From Campylobacterota bacterium (GTDB taxonomy: Bacteria; Babelota; Babeliae; Babelales; Chromulinivoraceae), in NCBI GenBank assembly GCA_002721975.1, contig PBME01000008.1, positions 2,550 through 66,549 of the forward strand: a stretch of 64,000 nucleotides of DNA. The letters run 5' to 3'. Positions 1-11,356 of the stretch are shown piece after piece. A program made the translations under genes and the position numbers. Numbering within the stretch: the stretch's first letter is position 1; each line of letters opens with the position of its first letter. Below the pieces are notes generated by a model. That model worked only from the letters and a program-made list of their open reading frames with translations. It had not been told where the DNA came from and searched no databases.

Positions 1-1
1 T

Positions 2-247
2 GAAAAAATAATACAAGATTTACCTGATATTAAAGATTGTGACTTAGACATTGTATCCTCAAAAACTCCAGTCATTTATAGAGATAAAAATGAGTTTGGA
101 GGTACTTGTAAAATTATTGTTTGGTCGGATGGCAATAGAACTGAGCAATATCATGGAAAAGGGTGGCGTTATCCATCTGGTACAATAATTAAAACTTGTA
201 AATCTTCTGGTAAACAGAGCGCACTTTTACCAAGTAATTATCCATAG
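2..247 (+). CDS. 3' end of a hypothetical protein (5' part lies outside the window)
   Basis: Frame open from the window edge to TAG at 245-247 (...GTCKIIVWSDGNRTEQYHGKGWRYPSG...SNYP*). A hairpin follows at 261-289. No family recognised. Confidence 0.35.
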   Translation, partial: EKIIQDLPDIKDCDLDIVSSKTPVIYRDKNEFGGTCKIIVWSDGNRTEQYHGKGWRYPSGTIIKTCKSSGKQSALLPSNYP

Positions 248-260
248 TATCTATACTGTA

Positions 261-289
261 AAAATCTGAGTCAGTTGTTATCAGATTTT
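261..289 (+). terminator. Hairpin downstream of the partial ORF (putative terminator)
   Basis: aaaatctga (261-269) pairs with tcagatttt (281-289), 9 bp stem and 11 nt loop. The T-rich 3' arm runs into gttg. Confidence 0.35.
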
Positions 290-290
290 G

Positions 291-319
291 TTGAAAGATT
301 CTTTTTTTTTAGGTATTAT
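291..319 (+). promoter_or_regulatory. Sigma70-like promoter candidate for groES-groEL
   Basis: TTGAAA (291-296), 17 nt spacer, TATTAT (314-319), about 70 nt upstream of the groES ATG. No CIRCE inverted repeat seen. Confidence 0.3.
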
Positions 320-391
320 TTGTAATAGAAAAAGAGTGTTTTTGAAGCAAAAATGTTGAATTTTATAACTTACTTAGTTAAAGGGTGAAAG

Positions 392-2309
<1,918 letters not shown>

Positions 2310-2346
2310 ACATCATTTTGAATTTGAAGAGTTATGTGATAAAAAA

Positions 2347-2373
2347 AGCCTAGGTAATCCTAGGCTTTTTTTA
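2347..2373 (+). terminator. Rho-independent terminator after groEL
   Basis: agcctagg-taat-cctaggct perfect 8 bp stem followed by a T run. An A run upstream makes it symmetric. Confidence 0.8.
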
Positions 2374-2397
2374 TTAAAGTGTATAAGGTTATTTTTT

Positions 2398-2777
2398 ATG
2401 AAAAAAATGTTTTTATATATTCAACTGCTTTTTACAAGTGTACATATAGTTTGTAGTAGTAATGAGGTATCAAAAGAAAATGATTTTCAGTCTGATACGG
2501 AAAATGAGACATCGAAAGGAAATAATTTTATAATCGCGAAACAAAAAAGACTGATTTATATTACGATTCTCGTGAACCAAATTCTCACATAGTAAAGTTA
2601 TTAAATGCTGCTGGTGGGAATCCGGCGGCAGTTTATTATGCTTTTGTCAAAAGGTATTGGTTGGATAAAATAGATAATGAACGAATTGTTGTTTACGGAC
2701 AATCGGTGCCATCAAAAATGAAATACTCTTTAAAAGTTTGGAAGCGTATAGCTAAAAAAAGAATGCGTAAGGTATAA
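2398..2777 (+). pseudogene. Small secreted hypothetical protein split by a frameshift in an A6 run
   Basis: ORF 2398-2592 has a signal-like N-terminus MKKMFLYIQLLFTSVHIVCSS. A second ATG-less frame is open from 2526 to the TAA at 2775-2777 (...HIVKLLNAAGGNPAAVYYAFVKRYWLDKIDNERIVVYGQSVPSKMKYSLKVWKRIAKKRMRKV*). Adding one A to the run at 2543-2548 fuses them into a 126-aa ORF. Confidence 0.5.
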
Positions 2778-3037
2778 AAGAATATGATATTTGACGTAAA
2801 AACAGATAAAAAAGACATATGACCTTGCATGTTTTTGATGGGTTGCATGCCAAAATGACTAGTTCTTGGTTGCATAGTATGTACGAATTACCATGTTATT
2901 CCGACATTTTTAGAGATTCTAATATTTATAAAAGAGTAGTTGTGAATAAGGTATTACTGCTATTTACTACGTATAGTAATGATACAATTACATGTTCTAA
3001 AATGCTAAACAAGGTTAGTTGTAGACAATGTTACTTG

Positions 3038-3967
3038 TTAAATTTTTGTTTGTTCATAAGTATGAAGCATTTCCCAAATGTCATAGAGTTGACGCCAATT
3101 ATGTAAAGCAATATCTAAAATAGTTTGATTGTTATTATTAAGTAGAGATGTATCTACTCGATGATGTTTAATGCTATAAGTAAGACATCTTAAAGCGCCA
3201 TATTTAGTTGCTGCCATAGCCAGGGTTAAAGTAACTTTGTCTTTAGGGGATGTATCTAAGTCAGAACGTAACATGTTGAAGTATGCACTATCGAGATGAT
3301 CAGGACCGTTTTTTTCTAAATAATCATTAAATGCATATAGATCGTCTTGAGAAAAAATTTGTATTAATTTTAATCCTTCTACTAATGCTTCTTTAGGATC
3401 ATCACTAATTCTTGTAAAATCTTTTTGAGAAAAATTAGAGACAAATGATTGAGCGGTGTTCGTTTTTTGATGTTTATCAAGGAGTTTCCAAATGTTAGCA
3501 GCTGTTACGGTATAATCATAGGCTATGTTAAGAATAGTTTGCTTAGCGCTATTGCGTATATCAAATATAACAGGATAGTTTTTAAGTATATAATCAACAC
3601 ATTGTATGGCACCGTATCTAACTGCTGCCATTGCAATAGTTAAAGTAGGTTTGTTTTCAGCGTCAAGATCTGTTCGAAGTGTATTGATATATTAGTTGGA
3701 ATTACTATTTTTAGGAGCTTGTATCTTTAAATATGATATAAAACCAGCAAGATCATCTTGTTTGAAAAATTGCTGTATTTTTATACTTTCGGGTATAACT
3801 TGAGCCTGAGGAGCACCTATTTCTGGAATGTGAGCAGAAGCTTTAGGGATTCTTTTAAGAATTTCTTCTATTTCTCCAGGTTTTCCAAAATAGCTTGTGT
3901 GAATTGATTGATGACATGTTATATCACAAAGAAATACTATAGCTAACAATATTGTATATTTATTCAT
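3038..3967 (-). pseudogene. Secreted ankyrin-like repeat protein interrupted by one in-frame TAA (3692-3694)
   Basis: ORFs 3692-3979 and 3038-3631 are in the same frame, separated only by TAA plus 20 sense codons (*YINTLRTDLDAENKPTLTIA-MAAVRYG...). The stop lies inside a tandemly duplicated ~100-aa module (compare NSN*YINTLRTDLD...TLTIAMAAVRYGAIQCVDYILKNY with DSAYFNMLRSDLD...TLTLAMAATKYGALRCLTYSIKHH). The likely start is the ATG at 3967, preceded by GGAGTG. Confidence 0.55.
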
Positions 3968-4033
3968 ACAACACTCCATATAAAGTTTATTATATAATAA
4001 ATATAGTTACATTTGTTCTATGAAAGCAATATT

Positions 4034-5638
4034 TTAGAAGTTAATACCCATTTTTGCCCAGCCTCCCCAGAAAGATAGGGCGGCATTATTTTGTGAAGCT
4101 TCGATATACAAACCAATATTAGCAAAAAAGTCGCGAGTTTTTCCTTTTTGACCTACACCAATTGTTGCATATGCTCGATGGGTAATAGCGCTTCCTGCTC
4201 CTGCAGAAATTATATCAAGATCATGTAAGCTAATGTATTTGTTTCTTGGGGCAAATGTAAAAGTTGTACCACAACAGGTTACTTCACCATCTGGTGGTGC
4301 TACAAAGTTAATTGTGCTATTACTTGCTGTTCGACCAGTTTCGGTGTTGGTATCAATTTTTTCGATGATATATTGATTTGCCATCATTGGATTTTCTATG
4401 ACTTTTGCTAAATCACCGTCTTGATCTATAAATGCAATACCATAACGATTATCATCCCAAGGTAATTCTGGTTCAGGTGTCACTACTTCTGAGCTATGCG
4501 CCCATAATTCATATCCAATTTCTCCTGTAGATGCACCATATTTAAATCTAAATCCTGTTGCCATATCAAATATGTTAAATGGTTCGACACGAGATCTAAT
4601 AGTTAATACATTGGTTGCTGGAAGAACGGAGTTTGTTTTTCTATCAAGTAGTTTCATGTATCGTGAGTATGGTTTATCAACAAGGTCATATGTACGATAT
4701 TGATGATTGCGTGCTAAAAAATTATTTTCAAATTCTAGAAAAAAACAAACTCGAGAATGAGAGTTTGCATGTTTTCGTAAAACAGGAAATTGAAATAAAG
4801 CTAACGATGTTAAACCAAAGTGAGCATTGTAGCCATTAAGCGGTTCAAAGAGGTAAATGTTGCTGTTTTGTTCAACAAAAGGAATAGATACACCAAATCC
4901 TGTAATAATATGAGTATCTCGATCATTAAGATATTTAGTCCCCATAGTGAGTTGAATATTAGAAAGTCGAATCAAGTTCATTTCACATTGAGAAAAATTA
5001 GCATAAGAAAAATTATTATTTGTTAAAGCATCAATAGCTCTTTGGTCGCCTTGTAATCCAAGTTCATTAGAAACATAGGTGATTGGTAATTTGATTCCTA
5101 AGTACCAAAGATCTGCTGCTGGACTGCCTACAATTTCTTTTAAATCTTGATTAAACTCTATGACCCCAGATGCTTGTCTTTGAAAAGGCTTTACGGTAAA
5201 AGTACTTTCAATTACTTCCGGTGCATCAAACCATTGACCCAATATATCTCTGTTAAAGCTTTTTGTTGTAATTTCATCTTGCATAGGATTTTTTGGAGAC
5301 CATCCTCTTGCTGTTAAGGTAAACTCGCTAGGATTGGTTCCACCTTTTATTGATAATTCTTTTTTATGGTCGAATAAAAAGTATTCTGGGCTTGTTTTAT
5401 TTTCAAATGACTGACCATATGTCATAGATATTTGTAGCGCTGAGCCAAGTTGGTGAGGCTTATATCCAAAATCATACCAAGAGGCTTGTTGCATACCAAT
5501 AGAGTTAAAGATGTTTCGTGTTAACATGAAGGTTTTATTGGTATGTTCGGTAATAATACTTCCATCTGGAGAAGAGTTTGTTCGTGCATAGTGACTATAC
5601 ATTAAACATAGCAATATAAGACTGTTTTTATATTTCAT
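4034..5638 (-). CDS. Outer-membrane beta-barrel protein (porin-like), family unknown
   Basis: 534 aa. Signal-like N-terminus MKYKNSLILLCLMYSHYA. Alternating amphipathic stretches rich in aromatics and Gly. C-terminal ...WAKMGINF with a terminal Phe, typical of OMP sorting signals. Confidence 0.5.
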   Translation of the reverse strand: MKYKNSLILLCLMYSHYARTNSSPDGSIITEHTNKTFMLTRNIFNSIGMQQASWYDFGYKPHQLGSALQISMTYGQSFENKTSPEYFLFDHKKELSIKGGTNPSEFTLTARGWSPKNPMQDEITTKSFNRDILGQWFDAPEVIESTFTVKPFQRQASGVIEFNQDLKEIVGSPAADLWYLGIKLPITYVSNELGLQGDQRAIDALTNNNFSYANFSQCEMNLIRLSNIQLTMGTKYLNDRDTHIITGFGVSIPFVEQNSNIYLFEPLNGYNAHFGLTSLALFQFPVLRKHANSHSRVCFFLEFENNFLARNHQYRTYDLVDKPYSRYMKLLDRKTNSVLPATNVLTIRSRVEPFNIFDMATGFRFKYGASTGEIGYELWAHSSEVVTPEPELPWDDNRYGIAFIDQDGDLAKVIENPMMANQYIIEKIDTNTETGRTASNSTINFVAPPDGEVTCCGTTFTFAPRNKYISLHDLDIISAGAGSAITHRAYATIGVGQKGKTRDFFANIGLYIEASQNNAALSFWGGWAKMGINF

Positions 5639-5837
5639 TACTTGTTCCTTTTAACAAGGTTGTTTTGTATATGCAGTACCATACCATATAACATTTTTTT
5701 TGATAATTCTAAAATAAAAAGTTTTTACAAAATATTCTTGAGATCAATGCGCTTGATATGAGTTGTTAAACTAATGAAATTGTAGTATTTTTTATATATA
5801 AGCTACATATTAATCATTACTTAAAATAGGAAATAAA

Positions 5838-6278
5838 ATGATTACATCAAATAAATCACGCTTTGCTTTTTTACTATGTTCGTTTTTTGTAACAGCGGCT
5901 CCTGTTGTTGCTAAAGAAGCAAGTGCTCCAAATCAGCAAGAATTTAAATACAAAACATCATATGGTGATCTTGAGCGTAAATTTGTTAAAAACTTTTTTG
6001 GCAACGTAAAAACTTACACATACGATGCGCTTAAAAATTTTCAAAAGCATCCAGAATTATTTGTACTTGCTGTAGGTGGTTTGACAACAGGCACACTATA
6101 CAAAAAAGAAATCAAATCATATGTAGAAGAGTTTTTGTATGGTACAGACAATCAAAAAGGCCATAAAGATAAAGTAGTTGTTACAGTATGGGCATTATTG
6201 TTAGGTGCTTACTTAGTAAAAGATAACATTAATAAAAGATGCTTTGTAGACGAAGACGATACAGCTTCTCTAAATTAA
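5838..6278 (+). CDS. Hypothetical exported/membrane protein, paralog of the N-terminal module of the downstream FtsH-like protein
   Basis: 146 aa. Signal-like FAFLLCSFFVTAAPVVA. Shares NFF...LYK..I..YV..F.YG...GHK..V...W....G.YL.K..I...C...(E)DD with residues ~50-170 of ORF 6418-8343. Confidence 0.6.
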   Translation: MITSNKSRFAFLLCSFFVTAAPVVAKEASAPNQQEFKYKTSYGDLERKFVKNFFGNVKTYTYDALKNFQKHPELFVLAVGGLTTGTLYKKEIKSYVEEFLYGTDNQKGHKDKVVVTVWALLLGAYLVKDNINKRCFVDEDDTASLN

Positions 6279-6304
6279 TACAACATTACAATTAAAACTT
6301 TTAA

Positions 6305-6335
6305 AGATGACCGAAGTGATTCGGTCATCTTTTTT
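6305..6335 (+). terminator. Rho-independent terminator
   Basis: gatgaccgaa-gtga-ttcggtcatc 10 bp stem followed by TTTTTT. Confidence 0.8.
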
Positions 6336-6417
6336 ATTTTTCTTTTACATATTAATGATTTTATATTACTTTTTTATACAAGCAGTTTTCTAACCTATTT
6401 TTATACTAGAGGAACTT

Positions 6418-8343
6418 ATGTCGAATAAGTTATACGCTTCACTAGTTCTAGTTGTTTATGTCTGTTTGTTTTATGCAGAAATTCATCCAAAAAATCAAGA
6501 TTCTCATCAAAAAAAAGTAAAAGATAAAATAGCATTTGATTATCATGCCGGTGATAAAACATATAAGATTCCAAGTAATTTTTTTGCAGATATTGTTGGT
6601 AATACACAGGCTCAACTTCGTGATATTGTAAAAAGTGTAGAAGCTTATCCTGCTACGTTTACTATATTAGCTTCGCTTGGTCTTGGATATCAATTATATA
6701 AAAATGACATTTTTCATTATGTACATTCATTAAAACTAGATGAATTTATATATGGTAAATTTGATACACAAGGTAAATGCATTCAAGAAGGACATAAAAA
6801 TGAAGTTTTATTTGGGTTATGGTCAATCATAGCAGGACTTTATTTGTCTAAAAATAAGATTTTTGAAGCTTGTCATACATGTTTAGGTGTAGAAGATGAC
6901 GATGAAGAAGTTGATGAAACAACAAGTACATCTGACAATGATAATATATACAGCTTTTCAAAAAGTTCTGTGCGTATTTATCGTCCTGGAGAAATTAAAA
7001 CAAAGTTTAAAGATGTAGCAGGCTTAGAAACAGCAAAAGAAGAGTTAATGGATATTCTTATGTTTTTAAAAGACTCTCAACAGTTTAAAGATATTGGGGC
7101 AAAAATTCCGAAAGGAGTTTTGTTGTCAGGATCTCCAGGTAATGGTAAAACTTTATTAGCTCGAGCATTAGCAGGGGAAGTGCAATGTCCGTTTTTATAT
7201 GTGAGTGCTTCAGAGTTTATTGAAGCAATTGTTGGTGTAGGTGCTGCTCGAATACGTAATATGTTTGCAATAGCAAAAGATTTAGCCCCATGTATTATTT
7301 TTATAGATGAAATAGACGCTGTAGCTCGTAAACGTGGAGCAAGTATATCTGGTGGTGATACAGAATTAACTCAAACATTAAATCAGTTATTATCAGAAAT
7401 GGATGGATTTGAACCTCAGGTGAATCCTATTGTTGTTATCGGAGCAACAAATCGTGCAGATGTTTTAGATCATGCCATTCTTCGACCTGGTAGATTTGAT
7501 AGAAAAGTAGAAGTTACTTCACCGTTTATTAATGATCGTTGTAAAATTTTAAATCTTCACTTGCAAAACGTAAAGCAAGCTGATGCATTAGATGTATATA
7601 AAATTGCACGTGGAACACCTGGTTATTCTGGAGCTGAGCTTGCACAATTAGTAAATGAAGCAGCTATTTTAGCTTTACGAGAAGGTAAAAAAGAAGTGAC
7701 TATGTTTCATATTGATCAAGCTCGTGATAATATCAATCTTGGTCGAGAAGTGAAAGGCATGAATATATCGTATGAAGAGTCTTGGAAAACTGCAGTACAC
7801 GAAGCAGGACATGCAATTGCTCTTGTTTATCAGCAATATGCAGAGCCTTTACACAAGGTAACAATTGTTCCACGTAATGGTGCACTAGGAATTACGTTTA
7901 GCATGCCTAAAGAGCGCTATAGTACCTATGTTGAAAATTTACGAGCACAAATAGTATTTGCTTTAGGCGGTAGTGTTGCAGAAGAATTAATATATCAAGG
8001 TCGTGGAGTAGGTGCTTGTTCTGACTTAAAACAAGCACGTCGATTAGCAACGCAAATAGTTATGCTATATGGATTAACAGAAGAGTTTAAAGATATTACA
8101 TTTGAAGAATATATTAATAATCAGGTGCATTTACCAGATGAGTTATCGACTAAGCTTCAATCAGAAGTTGCAAAAATTATACATGAATGTCGTCAAGAAG
8201 CAGTAACTATTCTTACAGAGCATAAAGATAAGTTAGAAACTTTAGTTTCAATGCTGCTTGAGCATGGTACTGTTTACGGTGCTGATGTGTATAAATTATG
8301 TGAATTAGCAGAGCCAAATATTGAGTATTCATTAGCAAATTAA
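6418..8343 (+). CDS. ftsH: FtsH-family ATP-dependent zinc metalloprotease with an atypical N-terminal region
   Basis: 641 aa. Walker A GSPGNGKT, Walker B IIFIDEID, SRH ATNRADVLDHAILRPGRFDR, zinc site HEAGHA. SD AGAGGA. Confidence 0.9.
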   Translation: MSNKLYASLVLVVYVCLFYAEIHPKNQDSHQKKVKDKIAFDYHAGDKTYKIPSNFFADIVGNTQAQLRDIVKSVEAYPATFTILASLGLGYQLYKNDIFHYVHSLKLDEFIYGKFDTQGKCIQEGHKNEVLFGLWSIIAGLYLSKNKIFEACHTCLGVEDDDEEVDETTSTSDNDNIYSFSKSSVRIYRPGEIKTKFKDVAGLETAKEELMDILMFLKDSQQFKDIGAKIPKGVLLSGSPGNGKTLLARALAGEVQCPFLYVSASEFIEAIVGVGAARIRNMFAIAKDLAPCIIFIDEIDAVARKRGASISGGDTELTQTLNQLLSEMDGFEPQVNPIVVIGATNRADVLDHAILRPGRFDRKVEVTSPFINDRCKILNLHLQNVKQADALDVYKIARGTPGYSGAELAQLVNEAAILALREGKKEVTMFHIDQARDNINLGREVKGMNISYEESWKTAVHEAGHAIALVYQQYAEPLHKVTIVPRNGALGITFSMPKERYSTYVENLRAQIVFALGGSVAEELIYQGRGVGACSDLKQARRLATQIVMLYGLTEEFKDITFEEYINNQVHLPDELSTKLQSEVAKIIHECRQEAVTILTEHKDKLETLVSMLLEHGTVYGADVYKLCELAEPNIEYSLAN

Positions 8344-8365
8344 TGTTTTACATATTTTACTCGTA

Positions 8366-8403
8366 AAAAAACTCCTAAGTGTAAACTTGGGAGTTTTATT
8401 TTT
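8366..8403 (+). terminator. Rho-independent terminator after the ftsH-like gene
   Basis: aaaactcctaagt-gtaa-acttgggagtttt (one G-U pair) followed by a T-rich tract. Confidence 0.65.
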
Positions 8404-8471
8404 GATCAATAAATTGTTTTTTCGTTTATTTTTGTATTACAGTAACAGTATTATTGATATTAGGGGGAAAA

Positions 8472-10301
8472 ATGAAGCATCTTTTTTTGATAATTAATTT
8501 TTTATGTTTTTGTACATGTTATAGTCAAAAAGAGCAATTATTAATGTTTGTGCATACGCATCCATCAGTATTTACAGATGATGAAGGTTTGCATGTAGCA
8601 CATCAAATGTTAACAGCTCTTGTTCAGCAAGCTGCACCAATCTTAATGTCAGAAAATGTTTGGCAACATGTTGTTTTACGTTCTGAAAGATTTACAAAAG
8701 CATTACAAGATACCCAATCGTTACAACAAGATATAGTTGATTTATATAAAAAAACAAATCAAACGATTTTACATGAAAATGGAGATTGTCATAAAGTGAC
8801 CACGTTATTAGATAATGCATGGTATCAACAACATTATCCACGATTAGCAAAAGTTGATGCAGATGTTATCAAGCAATTACATTTTGATTTTTTTTGTTAT
8901 TATGCTTTTGATTATATAAAAAACTATGTAGTGTATCATCTTTTGGAAGGATATGTACTATGTATTCCTAATAATCAATCAGACAATTTTAATCTACACC
9001 AAGCTAAAAAAATGACATATTCACAAGTAAAAAAACCTACTTTTAAAAAACATAGTTTTGCTTTGCATCAAGTATTAACAAAGTATCTAAAGAAAAGTAA
9101 AAATTGTAGTTGGTGTTTTTATTTAACAGGTCATGGATATCATAAAGATGCTGATCATCCAGAGCCGATGGTAGCAGGAATGACATTGCATGCTTTTTCA
9201 AAATTGTTGCATGCTTTAAATAATAAAACATTTCATACCAGTTTATTAACATATAGCTCTTGTTATGCAGCAGGTGAGCATTCGATTATACCTTATCAAC
9301 AAATAATACAAGGTAATCAACAGAATCTTCATTTAGATTATCCTGTTATCATGATGTCTCTTGCTGATTCTCCTACGTATGTTTTTGGCTTACCTTCAGG
9401 GTTTAAGTTGCCGCCATATAATCAAAATATGACGTTGCAAAATAGTGATATTGATAACAAACAATTACAGTTTTATTTTTTGCAGAATTTTAAAAAATTT
9501 TGTGATATAACTCGATTAAAACAATCTGCTATTGAGTTAGCTCGTGCACTTAATCCGTATGTACAATGTTTTTCAGAAGTTTGTAATGTTACTAGAATAG
9601 AAAATATTCCATTACTACGTAAAAAACATTCTTCTTACTTTGTTCCGTTAGATACATCAGTAGTGCAGTCATTATTACAAGATAGCCCTCAAGATGTCAC
9701 AGTAAACTCTAAAAAATCAGCTTTGTTGTGGTATGTTAAGCATCATAATGGAACAATAATGTTGTCTCATACATTGCCTATGTTTATTTCGATGTTACCA
9801 GGAAGACAGGTTCATCGTGCGTTTATGTTACAGGCTTCAGCATCAAATTTTGAAACGCTTATACGAGAAGTATTTTTAGCAATTGATGATATGAAAGATG
9901 AAAGCATTTACTTGTTTGATAAATTAAGCTGTCAAGTTACCATACCTCAGATTTCTTCTGATACTATTACTATGTTGGATAATGTTGTAGTATTACCAGC
10001 TGGTACATGGTTGCCTAGCTTTGCTCAACTGGGTGCTTCTTGTTATGTATATGCTGAACATAATAGACAAGGTTATTGGATTATTTTTAATCAACATAAA
10101 CAATTACATGATGTAATACCGCTTTCGGGTAAACAGCAAGATATTTTTAATATCTTTAAAGCGTTGTTATTGCAAGAGTCTCGATTTGGGTCAAGGTTAT
10201 CTTTGTCAAAACTAATGTCTTCTGAATATTTTAATCAAAGAAAATCGTTAGAACAAAAATTGCTTACGCACTGTTTGCAACAACATATTTGTAAAGAATA
10301 A
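8472..10301 (+). CDS. Large secreted hypothetical protein with a clan-CD-like His-Gly/Cys dyad
   Basis: ORF track gives 8454-10301. The ATG at 8472 follows AGGGGGA. Signal-like MKHLFLIINFLCFCTCYS. WCFYLTGHGY and SLLTYSSCYAAGEH are separated by 43 residues. Confidence 0.6.
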   Translation: MKHLFLIINFLCFCTCYSQKEQLLMFVHTHPSVFTDDEGLHVAHQMLTALVQQAAPILMSENVWQHVVLRSERFTKALQDTQSLQQDIVDLYKKTNQTILHENGDCHKVTTLLDNAWYQQHYPRLAKVDADVIKQLHFDFFCYYAFDYIKNYVVYHLLEGYVLCIPNNQSDNFNLHQAKKMTYSQVKKPTFKKHSFALHQVLTKYLKKSKNCSWCFYLTGHGYHKDADHPEPMVAGMTLHAFSKLLHALNNKTFHTSLLTYSSCYAAGEHSIIPYQQIIQGNQQNLHLDYPVIMMSLADSPTYVFGLPSGFKLPPYNQNMTLQNSDIDNKQLQFYFLQNFKKFCDITRLKQSAIELARALNPYVQCFSEVCNVTRIENIPLLRKKHSSYFVPLDTSVVQSLLQDSPQDVTVNSKKSALLWYVKHHNGTIMLSHTLPMFISMLPGRQVHRAFMLQASASNFETLIREVFLAIDDMKDESIYLFDKLSCQVTIPQISSDTITMLDNVVVLPAGTWLPSFAQLGASCYVYAEHNRQGYWIIFNQHKQLHDVIPLSGKQQDIFNIFKALLLQESRFGSRLSLSKLMSSEYFNQRKSLEQKLLTHCLQQHICKE

Positions 10302-10318
10302 AAAGTATATTTTGGGAG

Positions 10319-11134
10319 TTATGTACTTTTTTTTAACACAGTCAATTTATCATTTTTCTCACATTCTTGATATATCGGTAAAGATGATGCTTTTGAAGTT
10401 TCATGATTTTTTGTGCTGGATTCTGTAGTAGATATTGTGTCTTGATTGGGTTGCAGTAAAGAATTTGTAAAAAAAGGATCGTAAGAAGGAGGCTTAGAGA
10501 TTTGTTGTTGTAGTTTTGGATCAATAATTGTTTTTGGTGTATGTCGCAATTTTTCTATTAGATTGTCATAAGGCGCTAATTTATAATATCGTTGTTTTTG
10601 ATTTTGCCACATTACAAAAAATTTTTTTAGCAATTTGTGTTGATTCTTTGTAGCAAGTAATTGGATTAGTTGGTTACGTTGGTGTTGGAATTGTGATTGT
10701 AGTTCTTGGGTTGTAGCTAAAAGCTCTTTGTTTCTACGTATAAAACCTCGTTCTATTGCTTGTTGACAAAGTAGTTGCTTTTTTTCCTCACTGCAAGATT
10801 GAACAACTGTTTCTTTGTAACTGTTTTTAATATATGGATCAGCTCCTTGAGCTATTAACTCTTCTAATTTATTCCACTGCTCTGCATGAGCACATGCATG
10901 TGCAGGAGTACTAGCAAAAGTACTTTTTTGTTTTTTATCATGACCAGTTTGAATATTAATGAGATGCGGATGTGTTTGTAACGTATTACAAAAATCTTGA
11001 AAAGAAAAGCATTTACGTGCTTTATTATGCAACTCTGTACGGCCATAGTTGTCAAATATGATTGTTTTGTCAGATGTTATGATACTTTGTTCACTGATAA
11101 TATAGAGAGAAAATAATATATATTTGAATTGCAT
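10319..11134 (-). CDS. Secreted ankyrin-like repeat / coiled-coil protein
   Basis: 271 aa. Signal-like N-terminus. ANK-like GRTELHNKA... and TPAHACAHAEQWNKLEELIAQGADPYIKN. Gln-rich helical C-terminal half. Confidence 0.5.
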   Translation of the reverse strand: MQFKYILFSLYIISEQSIITSDKTIIFDNYGRTELHNKARKCFSFQDFCNTLQTHPHLINIQTGHDKKQKSTFASTPAHACAHAEQWNKLEELIAQGADPYIKNSYKETVVQSCSEEKKQLLCQQAIERGFIRRNKELLATTQELQSQFQHQRNQLIQLLATKNQHKLLKKFFVMWQNQKQRYYKLAPYDNLIEKLRHTPKTIIDPKLQQQISKPPSYDPFFTNSLLQPNQDTISTTESSTKNHETSKASSLPIYQECEKNDKLTVLKKST

Positions 11135-11356
11135 GAATATACCCCTTAAGTGTGTTATGTTCCTGAATATATATTATATAGGTAGAAAAGCTTTTTTTAA
11201 GTTGTAATTTTTCAAACGTAAATATAACAAATATATTTTGTATATTCTTTTTTATTTGTTGATCAAGTCTTGATGCTAAAATAGATGTTCTATGTATGTT
11301 TGTTATTGTAAAATTACTTTTTAAACTTATCTGTGCTAATAATTTTTTATAGTATG

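Noticed and set aside
250-391. CIRCE (HrcA operator) or sigma32 promoter upstream of groES
   Set aside because: No TTAGCACTC-N9-GAGTGCTAA-like inverted repeat and no CCCCAT-type -10 element. Only a sigma70-like TTGAAA-N17-TATTAT and an upstream terminator hairpin are present.
2825-2876. Three TTGCAT(G/A) copies (2825, 2843, 2870) in the intergenic region
   Set aside because: A short heptamer in AT-rich DNA with irregular spacing (18 and 27 nt) and no dyad symmetry. This is too weak to call a regulator binding site.
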